Positions 42,190-53,427 are shown, counted from the first letter of the stretch. The stretch: DNA of 64,000 nucleotides from an uncultured delta proteobacterium (GCA_963808625.1 CAWEHK010000039.1:1-64000), one strand, 5' to 3'. Translations and numbers: made by a program. Notes: a model not told the origin generated them from the letters alone.

Positions 42190-42224
42190 CCCCCCTTTCT
42201 TAAAGGGGGGCAGGGGGGGATTTT
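42190..42224. repeat. CCCCCTTT-AAAGGGGG palindromic intergenic repeat (related copy at ~29927-29953)
   Basis: CCCCCCTTTCTTAAAGGGGGGCAGGGGGGGATTTT. Confidence 0.55.
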
Positions 42225-42340
42225 CACGCTTCACAGCTCTGCTCTTGATTGATCACTCCTTCGCCTCTGCTTTCAGTGATTCAGACCGACACTCCAAAGG
42301 AGCGCCTATTCCATACGATGCGTACCATTCTGCTGTTATT

Positions 42341-42443
42341 CTGTCTTCTGCTTCTGTCTCCTGTCTTCTGACTCCGTCTTCTGTCTTCTGTCTTCTGTCT
42401 TCTGACTCCTGACTTCTGTCTCCTGTCTCTCTGTCTTCTGTCC
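42341..42443. repeat. Heptamer tandem array (CTGTCTT/CTGACTC, ~14 units) right after the purB stop
   Basis: Directly visible. Confidence 0.9.
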
Positions 42444-43737
42444 CTATCCGAACACTTTCTGAAAAATGGTATCCACATGTTTCAGGTGATACCCCAGATC
42501 GAAGACCGCATCAATTTCTTCGCGGGTGAGCTGCCTGCAGACTTCCGGGTCCTGCGTGAGGCGGTCTTTAAGCTGTCCCCCTTCCTGCCACACGGCCATG
42601 GCATTTTTCTGAATCAGCCGGTAGGCGTCCTCGCGCGTCAGCCCCTTTTTCGTCAGGGCGAGCATCGCCTGCTGGGAAAACAGGAGCCCGCCGGTAAGCT
42701 CCAAATTGCGGCGCATGTTGTCCGGGTAAACCACCAGCCGGTCGAGCACCCGGGTCAGACGCGCCAGCATGTAATCGAGGAGAATCGTGGAATCGGGGGC
42801 AATGATCCGTTCCACCGAGGAATGGCTGATGTCGCGCTCATGCCAGAGGGGAACATTTTCCATGGCGGCAAGCGCATTTCCCCGCAGCACGCGGGCAAGG
42901 CCGGCGAGGTTCTCGGAGGCAATGGGGTTCCGTTTGTGTGGCATGGAAGAGGAACCCTTTTGTCCGGCGGCAAAAAATTCTTCTGCTTCACGCACTTCAG
43001 TGCGTTGCAGATGCCTGATTTCAATTGCGATCTTTTCGATGGAGCAGCCGATCAGGGCCAGGGTCGTGAAATATTCGGCGTGACGGTCGCGCTGGAGAAT
43101 CTGATTGCTTACAGGTGCCGGAGCCAGGCCCAGTATGGCGCAGACCTTCTCCTCAATAATCGGATCGATATTCGCGTAGGTCCCGACCGAGCCGGAAATC
43201 ATCCCCACCCGAACGGCTTCCCGTGCATGATGGAGACGGTCGCGGTGGCGATTCATCTCGGCATACCACAGGGCGAATTTGAGGCCGAGGGTAATCGGCT
43301 CGGCGTGGATGCCATGAGACCGCCCGATCATCACGGTATCTTTCCACTGGTATGCCGATTTCTTGAGCACGGCGATGAGCGCTTCAAGATCTTTCAAGAG
43401 GAGGTCGGAGGCTTCGACCAGGAGCAGGGCGAGAGAAGTGTCAAGCACATCCGAGGAGGTCAGTCCCTCGTGGATATGCCTGGATGCCGGGCCGACGTAT
43501 TCGGCCACATTCGTTAGAAAGGCGATGACGTCGTGTTGCGTTTCCTTTTCAATTTCGGCAATCCGCGCCACATCAAAGTTGGCTTTTTGCTTGATTTCCT
43601 GCAGATCCTGCAGCGGGAATTTGCCCCTCCTCCGAAAGCGCCTCGCACACTGCCAGTTCGACCTCAAGCCACTTGCGATATTTGTTTTCCAAGGTCCAAA
43701 TCCGGCCCATTTCGGGCCGAGTGTAGCGTTCGATCAT
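42444..43737 (-). CDS. purB: Adenylosuccinate lyase; one frameshift near 43612
   Basis: [11 protein letters not shown]-terminus, [16 protein letters not shown] and [11 protein letters not shown] motifs. Confidence 0.95.
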
Positions 43738-44069
43738 CGCTCTTACTCCATGATTAAAAATCGAGTTCTATACGAAGTCAACAAGAATAATGAGAAATCA
43801 AACCCAACAAATCAAATTTCCGCGAACCAAGCCACTATCGGTCAGCTTTGCCGCTTGCGAACCCGCTTTCAGCGCTCCCCGATAGTGGCCATTTTGAACT
43901 GAGAAATCAAGGTATGATTTCAGGTTCAAGCGACGAGAAGGCATAGACCGGTGAGTTCCGGGAGCAGGAATTTCCCCCGGACGGCATCCTGGTCTGCCTC
44001 GGGCGAGACCTTTTTTCTTTGATCCAACCTCGATATCTCGATAAAAGGGTTTTCACGCGGAGGGAATTC

Positions 44070-44921
44070 ATGCCCCTTTTGGGTGCTCACATGTCGATTT
44101 CCGGTGGCTTGCACCTGGCCTTTGACCGCCTGGGCGAAGTCGAGGGCAGGGCTTTGCAGATTTTCACCAAGAACGAGAGGCAGTGGGCCTCCCCCACACT
44201 GAGCGAGGGAGCGGTGACGCGCTTCAAGCAAGCGTGGAAGGCAAGCGGTCACATCCCCGTAGCAGCCCACAATACCTATCTCATCAACCTCGCCGCGCGC
44301 GATGCCGGCACGCTTGAAAAATCGATCGGCGCCTTTGCCGATGAACTGGAGCGGGCCGAGCGGCTGGGGATCGCATATCTCATCATGCATCCCGGTTCGC
44401 ACGTGGGATCGGGAGTCGAGGCTGGGCTCGAACGTTTCGCCGCCAATCTGGATCGTGCTCTTGCCCTTTCCGGAACATCGCAGGTGAGCGTGCTCCTTGA
44501 AACCACAGCGGGGCAGGGCAGCAGCCTTGGGTCGAATTTCGAGGAAATTGCCTTCCTCCTTGACTCTTCATTGTTCGAAGGCAGGCTCGGGGTCTGTTTT
44601 GACACCTGTCACGCGTTCGCTGCCGGTTATGACATCCGAACCAAAGTGTCTTACCAGGAAACCTTCTCCCGTTTCGATGACCTCGTCGGCCTCGACCGGC
44701 TGAAATTCTTTCACCTGAATGACAGCAAACGGGGCCTGGGATCTCGCGTGGACCGCCATGAGCATATCGGGAAGGGAGCTATCGGGTTGGCGGGCTTCCG
44801 ACTGCTTCTGAATGATCACCGCTTTCGCCGCCATCCCATGGTTCTCGAGACACCCAAAGGGAAAGATCTGAAGGAGGATAAGGAAAACCTCGGAGTCCTT
44901 CGCTCCCTGTTGGATGACTGA
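44070..44921 (+). CDS. nfo: Endonuclease IV
   Basis: LGAHMSISGG, HPGSH, LETTAGQG, DTCH, HLNDSK, DRHEHIG and LETP motifs. Confidence 0.95.
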   Translation: MPLLGAHMSISGGLHLAFDRLGEVEGRALQIFTKNERQWASPTLSEGAVTRFKQAWKASGHIPVAAHNTYLINLAARDAGTLEKSIGAFADELERAERLGIAYLIMHPGSHVGSGVEAGLERFAANLDRALALSGTSQVSVLLETTAGQGSSLGSNFEEIAFLLDSSLFEGRLGVCFDTCHAFAAGYDIRTKVSYQETFSRFDDLVGLDRLKFFHLNDSKRGLGSRVDRHEHIGKGAIGLAGFRLLLNDHRFRRHPMVLETPKGKDLKEDKENLGVLRSLLDD

Positions 44922-44945
44922 AAGCATGCAATCCTTCAGGATGAG

Positions 44946-46499
44946 TTAAGAACAGCGTTGGGGATTTGCGTCATATCGGCTCACCCGCATCCGCTCCTGC
45001 GCCACGTACTCCAGGACTTCCCCGGCCATCGGGTCGGCAATTTGCAGCAGGGAAGGGTCGATTTTGGTATTCAGGTACTGCAAGCGCAGAGCATCACCGT
45101 CTTCGACGAGACCGGGGCAAAGGGCGCTGAAGAAGAAGCCTTCCCGTTCCGCCTGGCGACATAGCTCGGCGGCGCCAGGCAGAGCGAGCGGAAGTTGGAG
45201 GTAAATCACGGCAGCCCCGGACAGTTGACACAGATCACGTCGGGCTTGCCGAACCTCAACCGGGGTCTCGGCGCCAATCTGTTTGATGAGGATTTCCCCG
45301 ACACCAAGAGCGGATACGTAATGAACCTCAAGCAACCCGGACCCGGAAGGACGAGAGGGTTTTGCAAAAGTCACCGGGATTTCGAGGTGCTGGTAGATCC
45401 TGCGTATTATTTGTTGATGGTGCTCGGGTGGGTAGATCCTGCTCGCTCCTGGAGGTTTCAGGTATTTGAAGTAAAAAAGGCAGCTTTCTCTCTGCGGAAG
45501 AGGCTCGTCGTGGAGCTTCCTAAAGACCACGGTGTGAGGAAGCAATCCCAGGACCAGTCCGCAGACTCTGGCACCGAGATTCCCGGCGATCTTCTGACTG
45601 TGCAGATGACTGGTCACCGGAAGGATGTTGAGTCCTGCCACATCCTGTTTCAGGGCTTCCAATTCGAGGAAGGTATGCATGCGCTCCAGGAGTTTCCGTC
45701 CGCGATGAGCCGGGTTGACTACCGCCTGCCCAACCTCGGCAACCCGAGCGGGTGACGGACGCTTCAGCGCACAGTGTCCGACAATCTCTCCGGTTTCGCT
45801 TTCCGCTACCACGGAAATGAGCTTTCCAGCCTGGTTCAGGCGCACGATGCTCTCGGGGTAGTACAGATCTTCAAACGGATAGCTATAGCCGTAAGCCCTG
45901 AAAACAACGCGCGAGACCCACGCCGCATCTGCGGGTTGCAGGCGACGGACGCAGTAGTGCTGTTCGGGAGCGGGAGACTCATCCTTGCGGAAAGGAGCGA
46001 GCTGCTCCTCGTCAGATTGCGCGAAAATGTCGGAATGAACGTCATAAAGCGTCAGCCGCAGTTCTTTTCCCGCTCTCCCGTGATTGATCCATTCCATCCG
46101 GTCAACGAGATTCCGGATGAGGCAAAGGCCTGAGCCCGAAGTATTGTTAAAGGTTTCGTTCGACAGAGGGGGCGGCGGGCATTGCGGCGATGAGGATTGG
46201 TCAAAGGGTATGCCTTCATCGATGAGAGAAACGACCAACTTTGATGCGGTCAGTTCGCTCTTCAGAACAAAGCTATCGGACTCTTCAGGATTGAACGCAT
46301 ACTTGATGATATTGGTACAGGCCTCAATAACCGAACGCTCCAAAGCTGCAGCCTTATCCTGCGGGAGCTTTGCCAGGGCGGCGAGTTCCCGGAGATGCAT
46401 CCTTACCACCGGCAGGATTCCCGGTGAAATCGGCAATTTCAGTTCAGAAGAGGCTTTGGACACCATGGGGCCACCCTCCTCAGCGGTTGTCGCCTGCAC
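44946..46499 (-). CDS. RsbW-like HATPase domain fused to a GNAT-fold domain
   Basis: EACTNIIKYA, DEGIPFD and GSGLCLIRNLVD, then EVGQAVVNPAHRGRKL. Confidence 0.8.
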   Translation of the reverse strand: MQATTAEEGGPMVSKASSELKLPISPGILPVVRMHLRELAALAKLPQDKAAALERSVIEACTNIIKYAFNPEESDSFVLKSELTASKLVVSLIDEGIPFDQSSSPQCPPPPLSNETFNNTSGSGLCLIRNLVDRMEWINHGRAGKELRLTLYDVHSDIFAQSDEEQLAPFRKDESPAPEQHYCVRRLQPADAAWVSRVVFRAYGYSYPFEDLYYPESIVRLNQAGKLISVVAESETGEIVGHCALKRPSPARVAEVGQAVVNPAHRGRKLLERMHTFLELEALKQDVAGLNILPVTSHLHSQKIAGNLGARVCGLVLGLLPHTVVFRKLHDEPLPQRESCLFYFKYLKPPGASRIYPPEHHQQIIRRIYQHLEIPVTFAKPSRPSGSGLLEVHYVSALGVGEILIKQIGAETPVEVRQARRDLCQLSGAAVIYLQLPLALPGAAELCRQAEREGFFFSALCPGLVEDGDALRLQYLNTKIDPSLLQIADPMAGEVLEYVAQERMRVSRYDANPQRCS

Positions 46500-46508
46500 C
46501 CACGGCGC

Positions 46509-47477
46509 TCAGCTCACTACCCACACGGTTTTATCTTTCGCCAGGTGGATGACCTTGTTGCTGACGCGGCCCATGAAGAACTCCTGGACTTTCGAGAGGC
46601 CTCTGCGCCCGACGACGATGGTGTCATAGCCCCCCTGTTCCGCCTCGTCCGCGATGGCGCCGGCGCGATTGCCGGCTCCCTTAACGATTTTCGTGTCCAC
46701 CCCGCCGGGAGCAATACCGGCTCTTACCAGACGGTTCCTGGCTTCCTCAAAGACCGGGTCGATCTCCCTCCCGGCCTGTTCCAACTCTTTTTCAAGTTTT
46801 TCTTTCCAGACATTGTCAGAGCCGGGAAGCGGGCTCTTTCCAGCCATTCGGTGAAAGATCTCAAAGCCCCTCAGCACATGGAACAGGGTAACCTTGATGG
46901 GGGAAGAACCGCCCAGCATCCTGGCCACATAATCCACAGCCAGCATCGCGCCTTCGGATGCATCCAGGCACACGAGATATTTGCCCCGCTGCTGTCTCGC
47001 CCCGACGACCCAGATGGGAACACGCACCAGCTTCTCCACCAACTTATTGGCGGTGCTTCCGAGCATGAAATCCTTGAGTTCGCTCAGACCCCTGCGCCCC
47101 ACAGCAACCGTGTCGTAGCCAAGTTGTGACTCGGCAATAATATCCTGGGCAATTCCCTCTTTGCGATCTTGAATCGTGACCCTTACCCTTTCCTGCGGGA
47201 TGCTCGCAGCATAGAGGATGTCGCAGGCCTGCGACATAAATTGCTTGATCATTCCCTCCTGCTGCGTTTCCCATTCCTTGATGTCCAGGAACCGGTAATG
47301 GTATGCCGGCTCTTTCTGCAGGTCCCAGAACGATTCGGGAATTCTGGTCATGATATGAAACAGGACCATTTCAACGCTCTCGGCAGGGACGGTCTTTGCC
47401 GCATAATGAACGACATTGAGCGAGTGTTCCGAGCCATCTACAACGACGAGGATCTTTTTTTGCGCGGGATTTGCCAT
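46509..47477 (-). CDS. Tandem universal stress protein
   Basis: Two USP domains (ILVVVDGS...VGRRG...GSTANK; VGRRG...GRVSNK). Confidence 0.92.
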   Translation of the reverse strand: MANPAQKKILVVVDGSEHSLNVVHYAAKTVPAESVEMVLFHIMTRIPESFWDLQKEPAYHYRFLDIKEWETQQEGMIKQFMSQACDILYAASIPQERVRVTIQDRKEGIAQDIIAESQLGYDTVAVGRRGLSELKDFMLGSTANKLVEKLVRVPIWVVGARQQRGKYLVCLDASEGAMLAVDYVARMLGGSSPIKVTLFHVLRGFEIFHRMAGKSPLPGSDNVWKEKLEKELEQAGREIDPVFEEARNRLVRAGIAPGGVDTKIVKGAGNRAGAIADEAEQGGYDTIVVGRRGLSKVQEFFMGRVSNKVIHLAKDKTVWVVS

Positions 47478-47505
47478 CTTCTCTCCCTTCCGCACTGAAC
47501 ACTTA

Positions 47506-50139
47506 TCAACGGTCACGGTTTTCCGTAATCGCACGGACGTCGCTGATGATTTTATTGCGGTGGTGATTGTAGGCAGCATCGTTGGACATGATCATGTCCA
47601 ACTGGCGGGTATGCATGAGAAGATAGCCCAAAATCTTGAGCTTTTCCTTCATCACCGTCTCATCAAACCCCTCGATACGAGCAAAGGCAGCGTCTTCTTT
47701 GACCTCAACGCGGAACCCGAATTCGTCCAGGATGCTGGATACAAAAACAGCTCGCCGCAATCGCCGCTGATAATCCGCGGCTCCTCCCTTGAAGCTGAAG
47801 CTGATGTAATTCTCGCCGGGCCGCTCGCCAACCAGGGTTTCAATGGTGCAGAAATGAAATCCGAAGCGTGAAGTGAGGCTGCAAAAGTTCCTGGAGATCA
47901 TGAAGTAATTTCGGTTGGTATACTCGGAGGGCATGGACGGGTCCAGCGCCGGGTTGGCGGAAGCTTCGAGCAGCACGGACATGAAGCCCCTGGTGTCGAC
48001 CGGCGGCGGGCCTTCCCAGGGTATGGCAACAATTCCTTCCCACAGGGCCAGCATGGGGATGGAAACAATGTTGTCAAGACTCACATACTTGCCGGGAACG
48101 TCTTCCCGGAAGCCGTCATCAAGATTGATGATCCACCAGAGCATCTTCACATCGCAAACAAGCTGTTTGCTGGCCCGTTCGGAAAAATGGTGCTCTTTGC
48201 CGAAACTGAACATCTCCTTGACCGATTTCTCGTGACAGAATCGAGTTATGTCATGAAGGGTCCGGCATTTTTTCGGTTTGAAGTCGGAAGCGTCAGGATC
48301 GAGAAGATGCAGGGGTACGATATGTTCAGCAACATCTCGCAGGATCTCGTAGACAGGGCTTCCTTTCATGAGGTTCTTTCTAACTTCGCCGGATTTTGCC
48401 AGGAGCGATTCAACGCATCCCCGATAGATTGTGAGGCCGTCCGCATCAATCGTCACCACTTCGTCATTGCGCAGGGCCTGAGTTGCTGACGGCACGCCAA
48501 AAATCGCCGGTACCCCGAATTCTCGGGCCACATTTGCGAGATGTCCGGCGGCACTGCCCTGCTCGGTCACCACCGCAGCCGCCCGGTTAAGAAGCGCCGC
48601 CCATCTGGGCAGGGCTTGCGCCGTCACCAGCACGGCGCCACGGGGAAATTGCAGAGCATCGCCATGCCTCAGAAGGAGATAAACCGGACCACAAGCCACC
48701 CCGGAACTGGCCGCTGCCCCTCCCTGGAGAACTACCAGGTCCCGCGGCACCTCGCTTGTCGAGGTGCGAGATCCCCCTCCATTGCCCCCTTCCGTTTGCT
48801 TCAGCGGGCGACACTGCAAGACAAAAATCGAGCCATTCTGGTCAATTGCCCATTCCACATCCTGCGGAGACCCATAGTAGTCCTCAAGGCGAAGGCCAAT
48901 CCTGGCCAGCTCCAAGGCCTGGGAATCATTCAGGGAGGGATCGCTGCTCTTCTCCCCCGTTACATCCAGGCGGCAGACTCCTTCCTCAGGATAGCAGACA
49001 AACCGCTGGTCCTTGATTTTGATGTCCCTCTGAAGAATCGACATGGGTTCTTCCCGGGAAATGACGAACAGGTCTGCAGCCACGCTGCCGTCCACCACGG
49101 ACTTCGGGAGTCCCCACACGGCATTGATGAAGATGGAGTCGTCTCGAATGTTGAGGGGATTGCGAGAATAGGTCACGCCCCCTGCCGCCGCGTCGACCAT
49201 GACCATGCAGCCCACACACATGGCAATGTCTTCATCCAGGATGCCGCGGTTCAACCGGTAGGCAATCGCCTGCAAACTGTACTTGCTGGCAACGATTTCC
49301 TTGTAAGCGTCAAGAATATCGTCCGAACTGACGTTCAATTCCGAGCGATACTGCCCGGCAAAGGAGGCGCCGACCAGGTCTTCCCCCAGGGCGCTGCTGC
49401 GCATGGAAACCTTGACGTCGCTGCCGGCCTTGGCTTCCAGTTCCCGGTACGCGCCCATAATCGCCTGCTCGAGGTCCGGGGGAACGGCAGCCCGTATGAT
49501 CAGTTGCTGAATGTCGGCGCTCAGGGAATAGAGCTGATCCAACTGATCAACCTCTGATGCCTGAAGACGGCGGTCGATTTCGGTCTGAAGGTCATTGTGT
49601 CCAAAGAAACGCTGGTAGGCCAGGGAGGATATGACAAATCCAAGCGGGACCGGCAGCTCAAGGCGACTCATCACTTCTCCCAAGTTGGCCATTTTGCTCC
49701 CCACCTGGTCGGCCATGTTCATGTCGATATCCTCGAAAGGGAGCGTCAGGCTTTCAGCCGTTGGCTGCTTTCGCTGGCTGAGCAAAGAAGTGATCCGATC
49801 CTGGATTTCTTTGAACCGGTCATACAAGTCCCGGTATTTTCCGGGCGCAAGCTGGTCAAGATTTTTGATGATGCGGAAGACATTGACCGATACCGCGGTG
49901 CTGTTGGCTCGCACGAAGGACATCCCAAAAGGCCGGTCGCCCCTCAGGGCCTCTTCGATTTCTGCCATGATTTCAAGTGCTTTGTTATTGGCAGCCAGAA
50001 GCACCTTGAAATTATGATAGCGGTCTTTGAACGCGGTGCGAAGTTCCTCAATGCGTGCCGGCGAGGATTCCTTTTTGCGGCCTTTGAGGCCGAATCGCCC
50101 AAGTATGTTTGCGAACATTCCCATGGAGCGATCACTCAA
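47506..50139 (-). CDS. PEP-utilising dikinase-like protein (PPDK_N ATP-grasp plus His swivel domain plus atypical C-terminus)
   Basis: VGSKMANLGE, RSSALGED, SFAGQY, QDVEWA, LQCRP and AGHLANVAREFG motifs. Confidence 0.88.
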   Translation of the reverse strand: MSDRSMGMFANILGRFGLKGRKKESSPARIEELRTAFKDRYHNFKVLLAANNKALEIMAEIEEALRGDRPFGMSFVRANSTAVSVNVFRIIKNLDQLAPGKYRDLYDRFKEIQDRITSLLSQRKQPTAESLTLPFEDIDMNMADQVGSKMANLGEVMSRLELPVPLGFVISSLAYQRFFGHNDLQTEIDRRLQASEVDQLDQLYSLSADIQQLIIRAAVPPDLEQAIMGAYRELEAKAGSDVKVSMRSSALGEDLVGASFAGQYRSELNVSSDDILDAYKEIVASKYSLQAIAYRLNRGILDEDIAMCVGCMVMVDAAAGGVTYSRNPLNIRDDSIFINAVWGLPKSVVDGSVAADLFVISREEPMSILQRDIKIKDQRFVCYPEEGVCRLDVTGEKSSDPSLNDSQALELARIGLRLEDYYGSPQDVEWAIDQNGSIFVLQCRPLKQTEGGNGGGSRTSTSEVPRDLVVLQGGAAASSGVACGPVYLLLRHGDALQFPRGAVLVTAQALPRWAALLNRAAAVVTEQGSAAGHLANVAREFGVPAIFGVPSATQALRNDEVVTIDADGLTIYRGCVESLLAKSGEVRKNLMKGSPVYEILRDVAEHIVPLHLLDPDASDFKPKKCRTLHDITRFCHEKSVKEMFSFGKEHHFSERASKQLVCDVKMLWWIINLDDGFREDVPGKYVSLDNIVSIPMLALWEGIVAIPWEGPPPVDTRGFMSVLLEASANPALDPSMPSEYTNRNYFMISRNFCSLTSRFGFHFCTIETLVGERPGENYISFSFKGGAADYQRRLRRAVFVSSILDEFGFRVEVKEDAAFARIEGFDETVMKEKLKILGYLLMHTRQLDMIMSNDAAYNHHRNKIISDVRAITENRDR

Positions 50140-50564
50140 CCCTTCTTCGCCTCGGAAACCTCATCAACGGCGTGCCTGATGCGATCTGCATGAAGGGCCT
50201 TCTTCTTGTAAGCGTCCTGGAGCTTATAAAGCAATTCATCTATGTCCATCGGCTTCATCAAATAGTCAAAAGCCCCAACCTCCATGCCCTCGATGGCCAC
50301 TTCCATGCTGGCATGTCCGGTCAACATGATCACCTCTACCAGGGGACAACGTTTCTTTATTTCCCGCAAAGTCTCGAGACCCCCCATTCCGGGCATCTTC
50401 ACATCCAGCACCACCACGTCCGCCGGGTCTTGAGCCAACATTTCAAGGGCCCTTTCGCCGCTGTTGACACCCGTTACGGACAAATTCCTCCTTCTCAGCC
50501 TCTTCACCAGGGTTTCCAGAAACTCCTCTTCATCATCCACCAGCAGCACCTTGAATGTGTCCAC
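50136..50564 (-). CDS. Stand-alone response regulator receiver
   Basis: LLVDDE, LDVKMPG, LTGH and KP motifs. Confidence 0.92.
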   Translation of the reverse strand: MDTFKVLLVDDEEEFLETLVKRLRRRNLSVTGVNSGERALEMLAQDPADVVVLDVKMPGMGGLETLREIKKRCPLVEVIMLTGHASMEVAIEGMEVGAFDYLMKPMDIDELLYKLQDAYKKKALHADRIRHAVDEVSEAKKG

Positions 50565-50997
50565 CTTCGTTACCTCCTCGCTCTCAGGTCCTCCCCGATC
50601 TTGCCCACCTGGTCTTCGAAATCAAACAGCTTCACTATCCTTAAGCTTTCGACCAAAAATGGCAACCGTGAAATTGTGTTCGCAGAGAATTTGCGGGGCG
50701 TCATTGTTGGAAACCGGAAGAGCGACATGGCTTTGTCGCTTGGCCACTCGCAATTATCGCAAAATGGTCACAACACTGTTGATCGTCATTCATGCAAAGC
50801 AATCCGTTTAGTTTAGGCTTGCGTACGGGTATAAGTTGAGATGGTCATCCGTTGAGTCAGCATAAAGGGCGGGCATAGTGCCCGCCCCTCCAGCGATGAG
50901 ATTTGTTTGTCCGTAGGCGGCGAGCTTTACCCCGCCCTCGACAGGAGTGGCTCCGGCAGACGCTCCAGGCCGGGAACGCCCGCCTTTGGGCCGGGTC

Positions 50998-51447
50998 TTA
51001 TTGCTCGACTGGCACTTTGACCAGATACACCGAGCAGGGGCTATGTTTAACCACCTGAGCGGCGACGCTACCGAGTTTAAACGTCGAGGATGGACTTAGA
51101 CCGCGACTGCCCATGATGATCAGGTCGATCTTCTCGGTCTCGGCAAAATCAATGATGGCATCCGCAACCGCTACGGAAGTGACGATATTCTTCGTACAAC
51201 TGGAAGTAACGTTCGCGGCATGCAGCACGTCACAGGCCTCTATGACGATTTCATCGGCGCGCTTTTTAAACGTCTCCATGTGGCGCTCTCTTCTGGCGGG
51301 AGAGATTTCATGGTCGTCCATCCCTCCAATATATGGCACGACGCTGATCACCGAAATCTCGCAACCCTTTGTCTTGACAAAGTCGATTGCTACATTGAGC
51401 GCTTCGAGCGCATATTTTGAGCCATCTACGGGCACTAATACCTTCAT
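50998..51447 (-). CDS. Universal stress protein
   Basis: VLVPVDGS, IMGSRG and LGSVA motifs. Confidence 0.92.
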   Translation of the reverse strand: MKVLVPVDGSKYALEALNVAIDFVKTKGCEISVISVVPYIGGMDDHEISPARRERHMETFKKRADEIVIEACDVLHAANVTSSCTKNIVTSVAVADAIIDFAETEKIDLIIMGSRGLSPSSTFKLGSVAAQVVKHSPCSVYLVKVPVEQ

Positions 51448-51457
51448 TTCTTCCCCC

Positions 51458-52171
51458 TTAGACTTCTTTTTTCACTCTTGCCTTCTTCATGCTCAACCCG
51501 ATGCCGTCGAACATATAGAAGATCGCATATCCCCACCACATGGTATAGAGCACATAAAAGACCAGCAGGCCGGTCAAGGTGAAGGCTTTGCCGGAAACCC
51601 TTTCAGCTTCGATTCCAAAGAAATTATGAGCGGGCTCGATGGCCCTCTGCATGACCCTCATCACCATGTCTGATTCGTTAAGTTTCTTGTCCTTCTGGAA
51701 CTCTTTGTTCATCTTGTTCAGGACGCTCCACCAGAGCGCCATCACCTCCATCTCTTTCAAGCCGTAGCGGCTGGAGACTATGGTCCCATCATTCCTGAAC
51801 ATATCGTCGGAGTCTTGAATCGCATTCCCGAGCAGTTTGCCCAGGTCGCCACTGATCGCAAGCTGGGTCTCTTTTGCCGTCGCCTGGGCGCCTCCGGCAG
51901 CCAGAATCTTGATCGCATTATCCACCTGTTCGGGCTTATCCAGTTTGATGGCCACCGAGAAGTTGGTCCCCATAAATTTCTCATTGGCTTTGGCCACTTC
52001 CGGGATGAAATAAGAAGAACCTTTGGCGAGCTTATTGAACAGGTCATCAGCAAAATCCAGGCCGGTTTTCCCGCCCGGAAATATCGGCTGGAAGATCAGG
52101 AACAGCACTCCCAGGAAGGTTATCCCCAGGAGCAATCCAAGGTTAAACATCCTTGCATGTCTGATCAGCAT
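51458..52171 (-). CDS. Membrane protein accompanying the TauE gene
   Basis: N- and C-terminal TM helices; FNKLAKGSSYFIP and YTMWWGYAI; starts 2 bp after the TauE stop. Confidence 0.75.
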   Translation of the reverse strand: MLIRHARMFNLGLLLGITFLGVLFLIFQPIFPGGKTGLDFADDLFNKLAKGSSYFIPEVAKANEKFMGTNFSVAIKLDKPEQVDNAIKILAAGGAQATAKETQLAISGDLGKLLGNAIQDSDDMFRNDGTIVSSRYGLKEMEVMALWWSVLNKMNKEFQKDKKLNESDMVMRVMQRAIEPAHNFFGIEAERVSGKAFTLTGLLVFYVLYTMWWGYAIFYMFDGIGLSMKKARVKKEV

Positions 52172-52173
52172 TT

Positions 52174-53427
52174 CTAGTCCTCCTCTCTCAACAGGCCGAG
52201 ATTGGCGAAAAACTTTCCGAAGATCCAAATCCCGAAGACGGCAACGACAATCCAGAAGAGGATGTTTCCGACCGTTTCTATGCCATCGCAGATGGGTTTA
52301 GGGATATTGATCACCTCAAGTTCGGTAAACTTCTTGGGCAGGGTTGCCACACGATTTATAAAACCGGCAATAATGGACACCGCATAAAAGCCTCGGATGT
52401 GGATGCCTTTAACCACCTTGGTCGTCAGGGCCCCAACCTGGATGCCCAACAGGGAACCGATGAGCATCCCCATCGCAAGGGTATAGAACACGTAGCCGTA
52501 AATCGCATACTGGCCGATGGCGGCAAGCCCCGCGGTGAAAATGATCTGGAGAATATCGGTGCCGACGGTGGTCATGGACGATACCCCAAAAATATAGACA
52601 AACATGGGGAAGGTGACGAAACCGCCGCCCACACCCATGATCGCAGCCAGAATTCCGACGACCACACCGCCCGCAGCGATGATGACTCCGGAAAGTTTCT
52701 TGCCACCGGGGACGAAATCCTCATCGAAGGTGATCATCGGCGGAAGGTTCAAATTCTGCAATTTCGTGGCAATCGCCAGGGTCCCCGACGCGTCGCCGCC
52801 ATGGGCGTCCGCAGAAGCCCCCGGGCCTTTTCGCGACCGCAGGTAGTCAGCCAGCGCATAAAACCCGAGAAACCCGAGCAAAATGGCGTAAGTCGCGCTG
52901 ATAAAGGCCTCGCTCAGCAGCGGATCGGTGTTGTAAAGCCCTTTGTTGACGGCCCCGCCGATCACCGTCCCGAGACCCGAACCGACAAGAAACGCCACCG
53001 CAAGCTTGACCGAAACATTTCCCAGTTTCTTGTGAACCGTGGTGCCCATGATGGCCTTGGCGAAGATGTGGAAGAGGTCGGTGCCAACCGCGAGGATGCC
53101 TTTTACCCCTGCGGCCATGAGCGCGGGGGTGATGATGAACCCGCCCCCGGCGCCGATGCATCCGGTGATCAACCCTGCTGCCAGACCGACCGCAATGGAA
53201 ACCAAAAAAATGGTGGTCGTGTAGAATGCCGGTCCGTAGGCAGTTTTACCGCCAAGCCAGGGTGACGCTTCAAGAAAAGAGACGGCAAGGATCGGCAGGG
53301 CCAGGATGAAAAGCACCAGAAGTTTCTTCCGATTCTTCACGATCGACATCGAAACTTCGTAATCCCATTTTGCGTGTGCCACCGAAGCGGCCTTCAGGAA
53401 TTCAAACACCTTTCGCCCACTACTCAT
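52174..53427 (-). CDS. TauE/SafE-family (sulfite exporter-like) membrane protein
   Basis: Duplicated GxGGG motifs (GAGGGF, GVGGGF) and VGTD. Confidence 0.9.
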   Translation of the reverse strand: MSSGRKVFEFLKAASVAHAKWDYEVSMSIVKNRKKLLVLFILALPILAVSFLEASPWLGGKTAYGPAFYTTTIFLVSIAVGLAAGLITGCIGAGGGFIITPALMAAGVKGILAVGTDLFHIFAKAIMGTTVHKKLGNVSVKLAVAFLVGSGLGTVIGGAVNKGLYNTDPLLSEAFISATYAILLGFLGFYALADYLRSRKGPGASADAHGGDASGTLAIATKLQNLNLPPMITFDEDFVPGGKKLSGVIIAAGGVVVGILAAIMGVGGGFVTFPMFVYIFGVSSMTTVGTDILQIIFTAGLAAIGQYAIYGYVFYTLAMGMLIGSLLGIQVGALTTKVVKGIHIRGFYAVSIIAGFINRVATLPKKFTELEVINIPKPICDGIETVGNILFWIVVAVFGIWIFGKFFANLGLLREED

